From the NCBI GenBank assembly GCA_040954595.2, contig CM082591.2:1337645-1401644 (forward strand): DNA of 64,000 nt. The letters run 5' to 3'. The position numbers were made by a program, and so were the translations under genes. Shown in pieces: positions 12,401 to 25,100 of this stretch. The notes under the pieces are model-generated. The model had not been told where the DNA came from, ran no database searches, and saw only the letters and a program-made list of their open reading frames with translations. Numbering within the stretch: the stretch's first letter is position 1; every line of letters starts with the position of its first letter. The stretch is from Balanoglossus misakiensis (taxonomy: Eukaryota; Animalia; Hemichordata).

Positions 12401-15400
12401 CCAAGAATGTTGCATTTTTATTAGTGAAGTAATTTATTTATATTTTAGGACATTCAGTTCTATTTGTCCGCAGTATGTGGCCATCACGAGTTGGAGTGAT
12501 TAGTCAACTTGTGAGTCTACCAGTAGGCTTTGCCAACAAGACAAAACAACAATTTTGCAAAGCTCAATCAGGATATTTCAACATGCTAGCAAAAGAACAG
12601 GAAACTGTAGATGACACAGAAAACAAAAACTCAACTAAAAGTTGCTTGTATATAAGTTGCTCTTTATCCTAATTTTTGTAGCAGACAGTGTTAGAGCATC
12701 AGTGCCTGGGGAAGTGGGACCTACACAGCATGATGTGAAACGTCGAAGATGCCTGAGTGAAGGTGATATACCGGTAGAGTCAACCAAAAGTGGTGCACGT
12801 GTGGGCCTTGATCTTTACAGCTATGGCCGAAGAAGCTCCTTGCGATCAGTTGGTGAAAGTGAAACTAAAATGGAGGTACGTGATACTATGTACTATATCT
12901 CATAACAGTCCTGATTTACCACATGCAGATCCTATACCAAGCAGTGATCAACATGGGCCATCTGAAACACCCAAAAGGGAACTTTTTGACTTGCCCATAT
13001 TATGCCCATCCCATTGAAACCTCACACACCAGCATGTATTTATTCATGCATGCATATATCGACCTTTGTATCAGTTTTATTTAGAGGTTTTAAACGGCTA
13101 GCGAGAGTATTTGGTTGAGGATAGACAGACAGACAGACACACACACACACATACATACATTCATACATACACATAGATACATACATACATACATACTTAC
13201 CTACTTACTTACTTACATGCGTGTACGGTCTCAGACATAACATGTATATGTAAATAAACTTAAATTAATGAGTTCCAATCTGTATTTCTTGTACTCATAT
13301 TGATCCATACAATATGAATTATGATCAGTAAACAATTTATTGGGTGATAAAATACTTAGTTGTATAAAATGTGTCCAGTAAACTTGTCTGAGCGGAAGCA
13401 TGTATTAAAGGAATGTAATGAAATTCCTTACTACATGTACCATCATTTTATCTTTTTACAGAGAGAGGAATTGTTTGAAAACATGCAATTCATAAATGAG
13501 AGTCTTCATTTGAGAATGAGAAGGAGGCTACCATTAACTCCAGAAGATATTTCTGAAAGTGTGTGTGCCGTTCCAAATCGTTATCCAATACCAATCTTTG
13601 ATGGTTCCTGTCTGAAGAGTGTATCATTCACTGACGAACTACCGGTCAATTACAGTTATAGAAACTACACAACAGGGATCTTTGATTCTAGAGGTGGCTA
13701 CCTGTCAATCAAAGGAAGCAGCGTAGAACTCTTTATACCACCAGGAGCAATTGAAGAAGGAAGGCAACAGGAGATCAGTATTCAGCTAGACCACAAGACA
13801 GAGAGTGCTCCTCAACTCGCAGAAGGGGAAAGTCTTGTCTGTCCAGTTGTTGTGTGTCGTCCTAATGGTCTGTCATTCAAACAGAGAGTGGTGCTCAGTT
13901 TCCCTCACTCTGCACGTGGCGCAGATTATACACTGAAGCCTTTGATTTCAAAGCAGACACAGGAAGATCAACCAACTGACTATACTGACCTATCAGAAAG
14001 CCAAGATGGTTTGTGTCTTACTACTGATGACCGCTGCATCATGTTGCTGGACCACTTTTCAAACTACACTGCAAAAGGAGAAAAGGTCTTTGAAAAGGAA
14101 ATACTAGTTATGATTTTTGCAGACCTGCGAGATGAAGATGAAGTAAAATTACGAATTTGGTTTCTAGATGAAGACAACAAAGATGTAAGATAATTCTATT
14201 TTTATTGTCATTGCTTTCCACAGCCATTGCCCAACCCATAAGCAACCATGATTTCATCCACAGGGATTAAAAAATTCGCATTATGAGGGTATGATGAAAA
14301 TACCGCAAAGTATCATCACAAGGACATTAGTGACACGTATCGCCTGATGCATAGCAGAGGGCGATGCGCGGAACTATATGTCTGTTAGATTTTTGCTTTG
14401 CATATTACTTGGCTATCAAAACACTGGTACAATCGCCTTACACAGTGAGCAGACATCTTTCCTTATTTGTTAACAATGGAGTGAGGGAAGAGGGTCTTGA
14501 AACCGTCTGCAGTGAAAGTGCATACCTATACACGGTGAGATTGGGTGCCTTGAAACTGATGACGAATGGAACGGGGCTTCCATACGGCATGTTTAATGCA
14601 CGCAAAATTCTATTGTTCTTCATGGTGCCAGATGTATAATAATTCGTATTATTTCCATCTGCAGGAAGTATTGGAAGAGGAAAGAAGATTAGGTGGAACT
14701 GAAATTGATGCACCAAGCCCATTTACTGCCCATACATCTGGTGGAGATGTACAAGTGAGATTAGAGTGTAATGAGGATTGGAAAGCATCGAAATCATTGC
14801 TGGTATTAATTCTTTAAAACTTTGATAACTTTGCTCAAAACTGCATAAACGGTACCTTTGATAGTATTAACTAACATGCATAATTTGTCACCCATTATTT
14901 CAAGAAAATGCATCCATCCATTCAGTATATAAATACAGTATACAATATAATATAGACAATACAATACTGTAATAGTACAGTTTGATACAGTACAATACAG
15001 ACATATCGAGGTGCCACTTTTGTCAAACTTGTCAATGCTTTAATTACAGATCACATATGAAACAAGTTGAATTCAACAAAGCTCTTTCATTTTTATTTTT
15101 CTCAGAACATTCCAATGCGAGGAATTATGTCCAGACGAATGATGCCCCACAGGTTTATCATAACAAGGCAATCATTAACCACCAGATTACGTTTAGATGT
15201 TGGTGTAGCTCAACCAGGTTGTGTTAATTCTGATGAAATAGAATTTCCAATTTCTGAAAGAGTACCCCAAGTAAGCAGTCTATCAAGTGATTCATATTGT
15301 CATTACTTTCTATTACACTTGAAGAGACAAATATTTGAAATCTCATTTCAAAAGTACAAGTACATAAAATATGATGGGAATTGCATTTTTATTGTTATTG

Positions 15401-18196
15401 TTAACAGCTTCATTGAAACCAGAGTGAAATTAATTTACAACAGTAAGGCCACAGTAAGTAGATTCTTTGTTTTCCATTGGTGCACTGGTAGGTTTTCGAA
15501 AAACACACAAAGTTTTCTTGCAGAAATTTTCCACATCGATATTGTGTCACAAAAATAAGCCATGTCTTTTATTTTGCAGCAATCTTTGTTCAGTCATATA
15601 ACTATAAATTATGTGGTGATGTAAAGTAGTGTCAAATAATTTCAGGTATATGCATATAGCATGAGGAACTAAAATGTTGGTAGATTGTTTTTGTGTGTGT
15701 GTGTTTTATAACCGCTCAACCTACCTTTCAGGATTTTTAGTGGACAATGACAAAGAATTTACTTACGGTGCTTTGGACTAAGTATATATGTTACTTTTCA
15801 AAAACAAGTCTGAAATGCAAGTTAAATTATTTAAGTTTAGTGAGGTATGCAAATGTAAATACAGGTATATACATATAAGGTATACCATAATTGCATTGTC
15901 TTAAGTACTAATGACTGATTAGGTAACACATCATCTGCTAAGGATCAGTTAGCCACCATTACAAAACAAATGTATAGGACAGAAAACCATGTACAGTACC
16001 TGGTTGGATTTCTATTGCTGCACAAGCCTACTGAGTTGCAAGATTTATCTTTAGAGAGCAATTATATTGCCAAGAGAATTTAAAACTTATAATTCTAACA
16101 ATTTTGCTAATTTTATTGATAAATTTTAATTTTGCAAAGTATTCCTTTTTCCACAGAGTATGGCTGCAAATCATATGCATCAGGCTCATACTGAGAGAAG
16201 AAACTCTCCCCGCGTCCTACCTGCCCTACCACATGGTCTTTGTGTTGCAATAAGTCAACTTATGGATCTGCAAGATCCATGTGACTGTGACTGGCGACTT
16301 TTAGCTGACAAGGTGACGTTGAACGGCAAAACACTAAAACACTGTGACCGAACACTTCTGGAACAGTTATCACATGCCCGCAGTCCAACGTATCAGTTAT
16401 TGAGTATCTGGCAGTTATCCAGGAGAGGGTTTTCTCTGCAGCTTATAGAAGAGCTTAGAGATTTGTTCCAGAGTATTGGTAGAACTGATGTAGTTGAATT
16501 ACTGCAGACTTTTATCAAGCTGTGTAGAGAAGTTGGTGTGGCAGAAGCAGAGGCTGCTGTTGAACCTGAAATCCATGCACAAATGTGCAATCCAGGGTAC
16601 TACTCAACTGGTGACCAACAGCTCATACCTCAGCCCCAACAACTTTGCAGCCATCTCAGAATGGAAGAACAAGAAAATAGGAGAGGACCAGCAATGCCGT
16701 CATCTGTGCCAATTGTTCCACAAAGTCCACATCAAGGAACCCGAATATCAGTCACAGCAGAGGTACACAATTATCCAGTTAATGCAGGTCCACCGGTGGA
16801 ACATTCATCTGGACAAACTCCCCTCTCAGAACAGATACCCGCTTCAAATCCTACCCCACTACCCATTCCCAATGCCATGGAGTTTCCTCCAGACCGAGTG
16901 GAAGCTCCGGGAGCTCAGTCACAACTTCCCCAACAGATGCACGGAACAGAGGCAACAGTGGAACCATCAAATGCCTCACCATTTTGTTCACAGGGTCCAA
17001 ATAATCCTTACATGCAGTTTAGTGATACTAGTATGCAGAATCATTCATCTGTAAGAAAACGACTGCTCACAAGGCCATCAGAACTGACACCTGATGATGG
17101 TGAACTTGAAGATGATTATGTTGTCCCCCAAAAAAGACAAAACTTGGCAAATGACATTAATAATGGTGAAAGTGTACCTATGACTGTGAATCATCAGCCA
17201 GATCGACAGAATGCATACCGTCGTAGTATGACATTTTCAGAAGAAATACAAGAAGGGAATCTAGCAGCACGCCAATGGTTGTTTTCAGAAGGAGAACACC
17301 CTCCACATCACACAGAAGCACTATCATCTGATCGGAGAGGTGATCAGTATGTCTTTGAGGGAAATGGAGAATGTGGTCACATCATGGGTGAAGCATCAGA
17401 GCAGTCCTCAGTTGGTCCAGAGATTTCGAATTCTGAATATATTGAAGAAGGTGATGGCAGTCAAACTGAGACCAATAATGATTCTAACACAGCAAAGCAC
17501 GATAACGTGTCAAGGGGACGAAAATGTGCAAATAATATGCCTATGCTAAATCATATGATTGATGAATTACAGATATGCAAGGAGATGGGAGATTCTGACC
17601 CTCGCAATGAGTCAGGATATTATTCACTTGCTGGAGATCCAACAGATGCTCTCACAAGAAATCATAATCCTGGTAGCATTGAACACAATCCATCAAATAA
17701 TATGCCTATGCTAAAGGGAAATTCTGACCCTCGCAATGAGTCAGGATATTATTCACTTGCTGGAGATCCAACAGATGCTCTCACAAGAAATCATAATCCT
17801 GGTAGCATTGAACACAATCCATCAAATAATATGCCTATGCTAAAGGGAGATTCTGACCCTCGCAATGAGTCAGGATATTATTCACTTGCTGGAGATCCAA
17901 CAGATGCTCTCACAAGAAATCATAATCCTGGTAGCATTGAACACAATCCATCACAAACAGGTGGTCATGCCAACAGTCCAAGAAAGCAGTATAGTGGCAA
18001 TGTGTCTGACTTCAACACAGGAGAACAAGCAGTTCAAAGCGTAGAAGATGGTGACGAGAGGAAAAGTTGGAGTGCATCTGAAAAATCTACGGATGAATGT
18101 ATCAACTCAACAAATGATTCTGACGTGGAAAATAATTCAGAGTTAGAAAGTAATAATACAACTTCAATGGATTCAGAAGACGCACCATTACCTTGA
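6447..18196 (+). CDS. Gene A: multidomain immune-type protein with GT-B/GT4-like region (3 N-lobe repeats + C-lobe), coiled coil, ZU5-UPA, Death domain and disordered tail (~2150 aa)
   Basis: Exons 6447-8532, 8908-9117, 9768-10031, 11518-12150, 12682-12875, 13462-14184, 14665-14802, 15106-15270 and 16157-18196 join in phase at GT-AG. GT4-like motifs: VLFVYDDW, MINH, ADIIFSIGP, GLESIAVGLP. ZU5: FDSRGGYLSI..SSVELFIPPGAI...CPVVVCRPNGLSFKQRVVLSFPHSA...DHFS. Death fold: DWRLLADKV...SPTYQLLSIW...LRDLFQSIGRTDVVELL. Confidence 0.8.
6460..7295 (+). repeat. Coding tandem duplication, 420-bp (140-aa) period, GT-B N-lobe-like unit
   Basis: TCTGAGAA..TTTCTGAATTC...GAAGTGAGTGAAGAACAAAAGAAAGATGCA at 6558 and 6978. 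A third, more diverged unit follows at 7295-7700. Confidence 0.9.
12449..12545 (+). pseudogene. Degenerate remnant of the start of gene B's GT4-like exon inside a gene A intron
   Basis: ag|GACATTCAGTTCTATTTGTCCGCAGTA... versus gene B 23063 ag|GACGTTCAGTTCTATTCGTCTGCAGTA...; truncated after ~100 bp. Confidence 0.6.
15445..15772. mobile_element. Degenerate TIR-bounded non-autonomous element in a gene A intron
   Basis: Left AAGGCCACAGTAAGTAGATTCTTTGT and right ACAAAGAATTTACTTACGGTGCTTT form an imperfect inverted repeat. Confidence 0.4.
17588..17953 (+). repeat. Coding tandem repeat, 129 bp (43 aa) x ~3
   Basis: G(D/N)SDPRNESGYYSLAGDPTDALTRNHNPGSIEHNPSNNMPMLK repeated, nearly identical at the DNA level. 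Confidence 0.95.
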
Positions 18197-18265
18197 GAAC
18201 AAACAGGCCTTAACAAACTTTGTGCCCAGAAGGTGTCTGGAATGCACCTTTTTGCTAACTTCACT

Positions 18266-18620
18266 GCCGGAAAGTGTCTGTTTAACCTTGGGAATATCCA
18301 TACCATTGCTCAACATCTCATTAAGTGGTTGCTTATGGTGAAACGTGAAGACTGACCTTCAATTCATGTGTTCAGGTAAGATTGGTATGTCTAAGGTGTG
18401 TATGAGCATGTGTGTGTTTGTCATACTCCTATGTTAATGCATGAACTACAACTCAGTATGAGCATGAACATTTGCAGCAACATATATTCTCTGTAATGGT
18501 GCTAAATGTTTTTTTTCCAGACATCCATATTTCTGGGATATACAGAAGTGTCTAGATTTCCTTGGTGCTGTATGAAGACAACTGGACTGCCATTGACTGT
18601 ATGAAACCATACTTCTAAAT
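18266..18620 (+). pseudogene. Decayed kinase C-lobe and KEN exon remnants, paralogous to gene B, directly after the gene A stop
   Basis: 18266-18376 matches 27214-27321 (FNLGNIHTIAQHLIKW...KRED*, CGA>TGA stop, indels). 18521-18575 matches the HPYFWD exon at 27480. From ~18577 it matches the end of the last KEN exon (28657-28699). Confidence 0.85.
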
Positions 18621-19680
18621 GGTCAACCATTTCAGTCATAGACAATAGCGTCCTATTGTTTGTAACTGCAAAAACAAATTGTAACCATTTTCACAAGGAA
18701 AGGTCTTTCCAATACAACGTGAGTATTTTCAAACAATTTTCAGGTGAAATACCTGAAAGAGACAATTTATTATTCCTGGTGACAACTATCATATTCCTGA
18801 TTTTTAGTTCTATACACCACTTTTGAGACTCTTTTATTTGTGTTGTTTTGTTTCTTTCTTTCTTATATTCCATGTATTCTTGATATCTTGTCCCTTTATG
18901 TCCCATGAACTGCCATGTTAAGCATATCTTTCCTTTTATACTGTGATATTAGTTATCAGTACTTTGAATCTGTGAAGATCTGAATATAATGTTTTGTGTC
19001 CTCTTGCAATAGTTTGTAGTAAATGAGTACAGTACCTGTTTATTATTCAACTTTCTCATATTTTAATATTAACCACAATCAGAGGTTGAGAGTATGTTTG
19101 TGTATACCAATCAGTCAGCTTACTTAAATGGACCAATCTAAGTTTGAATTGAAATTTTAAATGGCAGCTCATGGGCTTTGATGGTTTAGATAATTGTTTA
19201 ATAATGAACACAACAAGAGTGTTATGTACCACATCAGAATTTTTGTTTTAGACTTTTCTTTTGTCATTTTTTTTTCTAACAATGTTTATCATGTAAGACA
19301 GTTTATTTGCTTATGTTCTAGTCCTTATTATTATTTTATATTTTTTATTCATTTAGAAATCAAGAAGTGTCTAAGTTTTGTCAACTTTTGCCAATTGTAA
19401 GTTCTATGGATGCACTCTAATGCATGATTAGATGGTACAATTCATGTCCATACATATTGGTGTTTTCAACCTTTCATGTTGCAGACACACTGATTTATTT
19501 CGATGAACATGTGTTTACCATGAACACAATGTAACACCTAGGTATAAACTGTGAATGCTTTCTTCCTTTGCTGCTGTAGGAAATAAAATGTGTTGAACAA
19601 AGATGTCAAAGTCTTTCATTATCATCAAACAAGTTGTCACAGACACAGAGTATGCAGGTAAGGCCCCAACCAGATTACAG
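18577..19680 (+). repeat. Segmental duplicate of gene B 3' end/3' UTR (28657-29792)
   Basis: Long colinear near-identity; the ORF track shows the twin spurious ORFs MFNNEHNKSV... at 19194 and 29297. Confidence 0.92.
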
Positions 19681-21554
19681 TGCGTCATGACCTGAATTGA
19701 ACCTGTAAACTTTGAACCCTGAAGCGCCACAATGAACACTGAAATGAATACATGAACTCAACATGTACTGTCTATTAACCATGTGCACTTTTATTGAATT
19801 TGAAGACCGCTTTTACTCTTCTTATATTATTAAGGAACAGTACATGGTGGAATTTAGCAGTGTGATCTAACAGGAGAGTGTAGGGGTAAACAATTGGATC
19901 GATACACAAAATTTGGATTGTGAAAATCAATTTTGGAGTTTGTCTGAAGACTTCCAAAATATAAGCTTTCAATGTTAAAAGTTTCTCTCTCTTTTATCCT
20001 TTACTAAGCAATAACATTACTGTAATGACTTGCATCAGTATACAAGAAAAGAAACACTGGGCATATCATTGGGGAGACTTTGCAATGCAATACGACCTAT
20101 TTTCTTGGTAGGATAAGGGGCCTAATTAGGAGGCGGGGCTTTGTTCATATACAATTCTGCAGGAGCTAGACGTGCGCACACAGAATTTGGCCTATTAACT
20201 TCATCAAGACTGGCTTATTCGTGTCTGATTGGTCGTCATTATGTCGTCGCTATCTGCCCATTAGGTAAGCAGGATCACACTTATCACAGAAAAAGTTGGT
20301 GTAAATTTCAACAAGCAAGTGACGTGCCTCTGAAATTGCCAGCCTGAGTGATATTGGGTCGCATGTAACTTGTAAGTTATAAAAGTGGTATATCGACTAG
20401 ACTCCTAGTGCACAGGGCCAGGCACTATAGAGTTATCTGTAATTTTATGGCTATTTTTCAGCGTGTTAATGAACACGGTAAATGATTTATGGATGTCCCT
20501 AGTATTGGTTACCTATTTATAGAAATGCATTGTTATATCAAGGGAAATCCCCTTCCCTCCCCCGTAGAATGATTGGGTCCAGAGAGGAATACATTGTCGG
20601 GTGCCCCCTCCCCCCCCCCCCCACCCAGGGGGAGGCATGAAACCATGATTGATACACAGAACAAACAGAATGAAAAGTTGTCAAAAGTTATACATAGCGG
20701 AGCTTTAAATTTGAACAACAACCAAATTAAATTTTTGCCCCAGGTGTGGTCTTAGAAATCCAGGACCAAATTGTTGTCTACCATTTTGTGACAACTTCAT
20801 ATATAACTCGGTATGAGTGCGGGACGAAACTTGGCATGGCACAGTGATTATAACCTAACTCTGCTATGCACTGGACTCCTTGTAATATAACCCCTTCCTG
20901 AAAAATAAAGTGATTGCACAACAATAAAATGCACCTGTGAAATATGAGCAGTTATACAGAACAGGTCTTGGAGCTGTAATCTATTTTCAAAGTTCTACAT
21001 GTATTTGTTTATCTCAAGCCCTAATTGAAACCAATGCAGATTACCCGCCATTGCCTTATTTGGGCACAAAAGTACCATGGAATATTATCTGAAATCCAGG
21101 GCAGGTGGCTTGTTGTGTGAGGTCATGTTAAGGTGACATCACATTTGCAGCTGATTGTTTAATCTGCTTGCAATTTTAATCGACCTAGTTCACAATTCAA
21201 ACAGCTATAATCTGCATTTTATGTTAAAAGCTGATTTCATTGTTTTTCTGTCACGTGAAACTCAACATTGTGAACTTTGCAAGACTTAAGTTAAAATTTA
21301 GTGGTTTTGTGCAAACATATCATTAACAACTAAAGCCAGCTATCATTGTTGAGAGGACGAAGTCTGTATCTTGACTCATTTTTGGTCCACTTGAGTTTTT
21401 GCTTTTGTGGTCGCGACAACACAGTGAGACACCATGACATCAGAGAGCCGCGTGCGTGTAAACACATGGTCAAAATTCACCTTTGACATCTGAGTCAGCC
21501 GCTGTACAGTCAGGTTTATTATTAGTCCCTGCAGCACTGGTTCTGTGGGTGTGT

Positions 21555-21565
21555 GAAACCGAAAG
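21555..21565 (+). promoter_or_regulatory. ISRE/IRF-like motif GAAACCGAAAG upstream of gene B; kB-like GGGAAATCCC at 20542-20551
   Basis: Matches GAAANNGAAA about 550 bp upstream of the gene B ATG. Motif match only. Confidence 0.3.
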
Positions 21566-22109
21566 AAACTATACAGTTTTATATCAAAGGAACAGGTGTG
21601 CAGCCTACTACTTCCTGGAAGAGTCTTTCTCAGTATTCAAGAAAAAAAGTGAATCATTCTACAAACAATTCACCTGGTTTATTTTGTTTTTCTTATCTCT
21701 ACCATATAGAGCTGAACACACCAATATATCACAGAAGGTGTGTTTTAATCCTGAGCCTGCAGAAGAGTTCAAATTGGGTGTTCGTCGATAAGTTTCAAGC
21801 ATAAACAGGCAAGCCATTACTGGTTATACCATGTGAGTGTGACTTTACTCTTTGCACCATTTTATTTTGACAAAATGAACCCAGAAGTTTTCTTGTCCAG
21901 CTAAGTTCAGAGGAGATATGTGAATCAGTAATTTTTATAATTTAATATCCAGAATAACTACAGTTGCTTGAGACAAGTCGGAATTGTCAAAAGGATCTGT
22001 ACTTATGTGTGTGTGATGTGTGCAGCATACAATGTATTCTAGCTGTCAATGACAAGCCGTCTGTCATTTATTTTTTTGTCTGTTTCAGATTGTGTAGTTT
22101 TAGGCACAC

Positions 22110-25100
22110 ATGATGGAAACCAAAATTGATATATTTAAAGGTTATATCTTCTCTCTATCACAAAAAATTTCTAACGGTAAGTCAAATATGATTTTGATCA
22201 CACGAGCAATTTACTACAACTCTGCTTTAATGACTGTCTATGACTCTATACATTTTTAGTGGTTAGCGAATTGTTTTAGCTCCCATTTAGTGTGTAAAGC
22301 AGTGGAATCAGCTATGATCATGCTCATTATTAATGCTGGTTCACAAATTCTGTTTACAGAACAACTAAAATCACTGGTTAAGTTGTCCAAAGAATTGAAT
22401 TCAAAGCCTATCACTCAGAGAGAAAGCGAGTCAATCACAGATCCATATGATTTGTTTGAAAAACTCACCAGTCACGGTCATCTCAGTAAAACTAAATGCC
22501 AGGTCTTGGTACATCTTCTTGAGAAAGCCAATTGCCAGGATATCGCTGATGAGGTTGCGGCAAGGTTTGACCTTGGGTTCAGTCAAGAAATAACAGACCA
22601 AGAGCTAAAGAAGAAGATAGAAGAGATGGATAGAAGTACAGCAGATATTCATATAGTTCAAGCAACTGCTGCCTCTGACTTTGCATCAGTTTCACCTCAC
22701 CAAGTTACCAAGCAGCCGTCTCGCGTTCCACTGCAACCGACAGATCAAAACCAGTCTGCACCAGGTCCACTACAGCAGTCTGCAGGCCAACAGTTTTCTG
22801 TACCAAACCCATCACATCCCATTGTCCACCAACAGTCTGTGCCAGGTCCATCACAACAAGTATCCATGGAGACAGAAAGTAGAGCACAGGATGAGATAGA
22901 CACATTCCCTGGAATAGACCATAAAAGTAATCCCATTTGCTACATTGTATTATAAGTTTTTTCATTTTTGTTTGATATTGTGTATTATCTATCTGTTGGT
23001 CTGTCAGTCTGTCTGCCTATATAGTGTCCATTTATGTATTTATTTGTTTATTTATTTATTAGGACGTTCAGTTCTATTCGTCTGCAGTAAATGGAATGAG
23101 GAGTTGGACAGAGTGTCTCTTGTCAATAAAAGTCTCGCTGCATCACTAGTCAAACAAGATGTGCCAACATACTCAACAACTCTGGGCGTTCGTGATTGTA
23201 CAATTACTCTAGATGATGTGACTGGAGTGAATGTTGTCAGTCCTGACAAGCAAACACTGAATCGACTTACTGTTCCTCCAAAGATTCCTGCTATGGATTG
23301 GTTGGGCGCTAGTCATGCCAGTTTTTACCCACACCTGAAGACTGGAATTCCTCATCTTGATCTTGTGGTTGGACACTTTGCAATGGGTAGTGACAGCCAG
23401 CTGCTGAATGCAGGCTTAGCTATAAAACAGGACATTGCCAATGATTCCAAGTTCTTCTTCATGAATCACGAAATTCCGGAAGAATCTGGTGACAATGCCT
23501 TGGAAAACAGTGCATATGAGGTTGCAAAGAAGGCTGATGTCATCTTCTCTGTGGGTCCTTATGTATATGCACATTACAGTAACAAGTATAAGCCTTTGGA
23601 ATCAGTACAACACATCTGTTACTATCCTGCTCTGAATGAGGAATTTACAAGAATGATGTTGCAACCATACCACGAAGGCAAACAACAAATCCTGACAATA
23701 TGCAGCGTGGACTCAGAGGATGACTTCTCTCGATACGACGTGGTTGCCCTGGCAATGGGGAAGGTTGGCAATAGTTTCAAAAATGTCCACACAACTGTTC
23801 CAGTATGGAAGCTTTATGGTGTGAGTGAAACTGTCAGTGCAAAGTTTCGGGACTATCTCATCCAGAAATCAAAGTGTAAGGACCTGCACATTCCGCAACC
23901 TTGTTCCTCTGTTACTCTGCGCCATCTGAAACTTGCCATGCAGCAGAGTGTCTTACTTCTGGCGCCGGAGAAAAAAGATCCATTCAACTTTGCAGCCTAT
24001 CTTGCTATGCAGGCAGGTTTGCCAGCTTTAGTTCCAAGTTGTTCTGGAATTTACCTTTTTCTGGAAAAGCTTTATGCAAGGGACGACTACAGCAGCTATT
24101 GGTGTGTTGACACTGGTCTCTATGACAACACAGCTGACGAAGACAGCAGCAAATGGTCAGAGAAGATCATCCGTAGTATTAATGCCAAGACCTGTGGGGT
24201 TTCCTTCCAGAGAGCCAAAGAACTTCAAGAGAAACTGAGAGCTAATCCTGAAATAAAGAAATCCCAACAACAGTTTCTGGAGAAGTGTCAAGAAGTGCTG
24301 AACTTTGTGAATGGTAAGTTGGCTGTAGATAAAAATTGATTCCATCTCAGTTGAAGTTGGAATTAGTGCGTGTCAGCACTTTCCCTGAGGCAAGTCTGCT
24401 CAATTGAGCCATGAAACTTGGAACAGAGCTGTATATGACACAGGCAATACGGTAGTTACAATAAGCGCATTGCTCTTTGTCTTAATTTTTGTAGCAGACA
24501 GTGTTGGAGCATCAGTGCCTATGGGACCTACAGAGCATGGTGTGAAACGTCGAAGATTCCAGAGTGAAGGTGATCTAGAGTCAACTAAAAGTGGTGCACG
24601 CAGCAATGATCGGCGAACCTCCTTGCGACCAGTTAGTGAAAGTGAAACTTCAACAGAGGCGTTACCACCATCTCGCAGCAGTCCTGCTTTGTCACAGAAT
24701 ACAGCAGATCCTTCACCAAGCAGTGATCAATATGGGCCTGCCAAAACCATCAAACAGGTATTGTTAGACATCATTATACCGTATGCTCACTCATTGTAAA
24801 CTCACACCAACATGTTGGATACACGCATGCATACATCCACAACCTTGTTGTTTTCTGTGTGTTAAGGCTTTAAATTTATGTATATTCATTTTCAAAGGAA
24901 TATCTATAAAGTTTACAAAGTTTGCAATACAAACATACTCAGTACAATACATAACTTACATGTATACCATACATGTATAGTACATTTCACATATCATAGA
25001 CAATAATTTCGTTTGTGGAAACTCCCTTGCACATGTGATTTTTTAAATCAATTTAATGTAATTTGAATTCACTTTTCAGATACCCCAAATCAAGAAAGAA

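Noticed and set aside
13462-16520. Calling the ZU5-UPA-DD region UNC5, ankyrin or PIDD1
   Set aside because: No Ig/TSP1/TM, ankyrin-repeat or LRR exons are present; the module is fused to a GT-like N-terminus.
19194-19739. ORFs conserved with 29297-29928
   Set aside because: Similarity is explained by the duplicated AT-rich 3' UTR; indels show no codon constraint.
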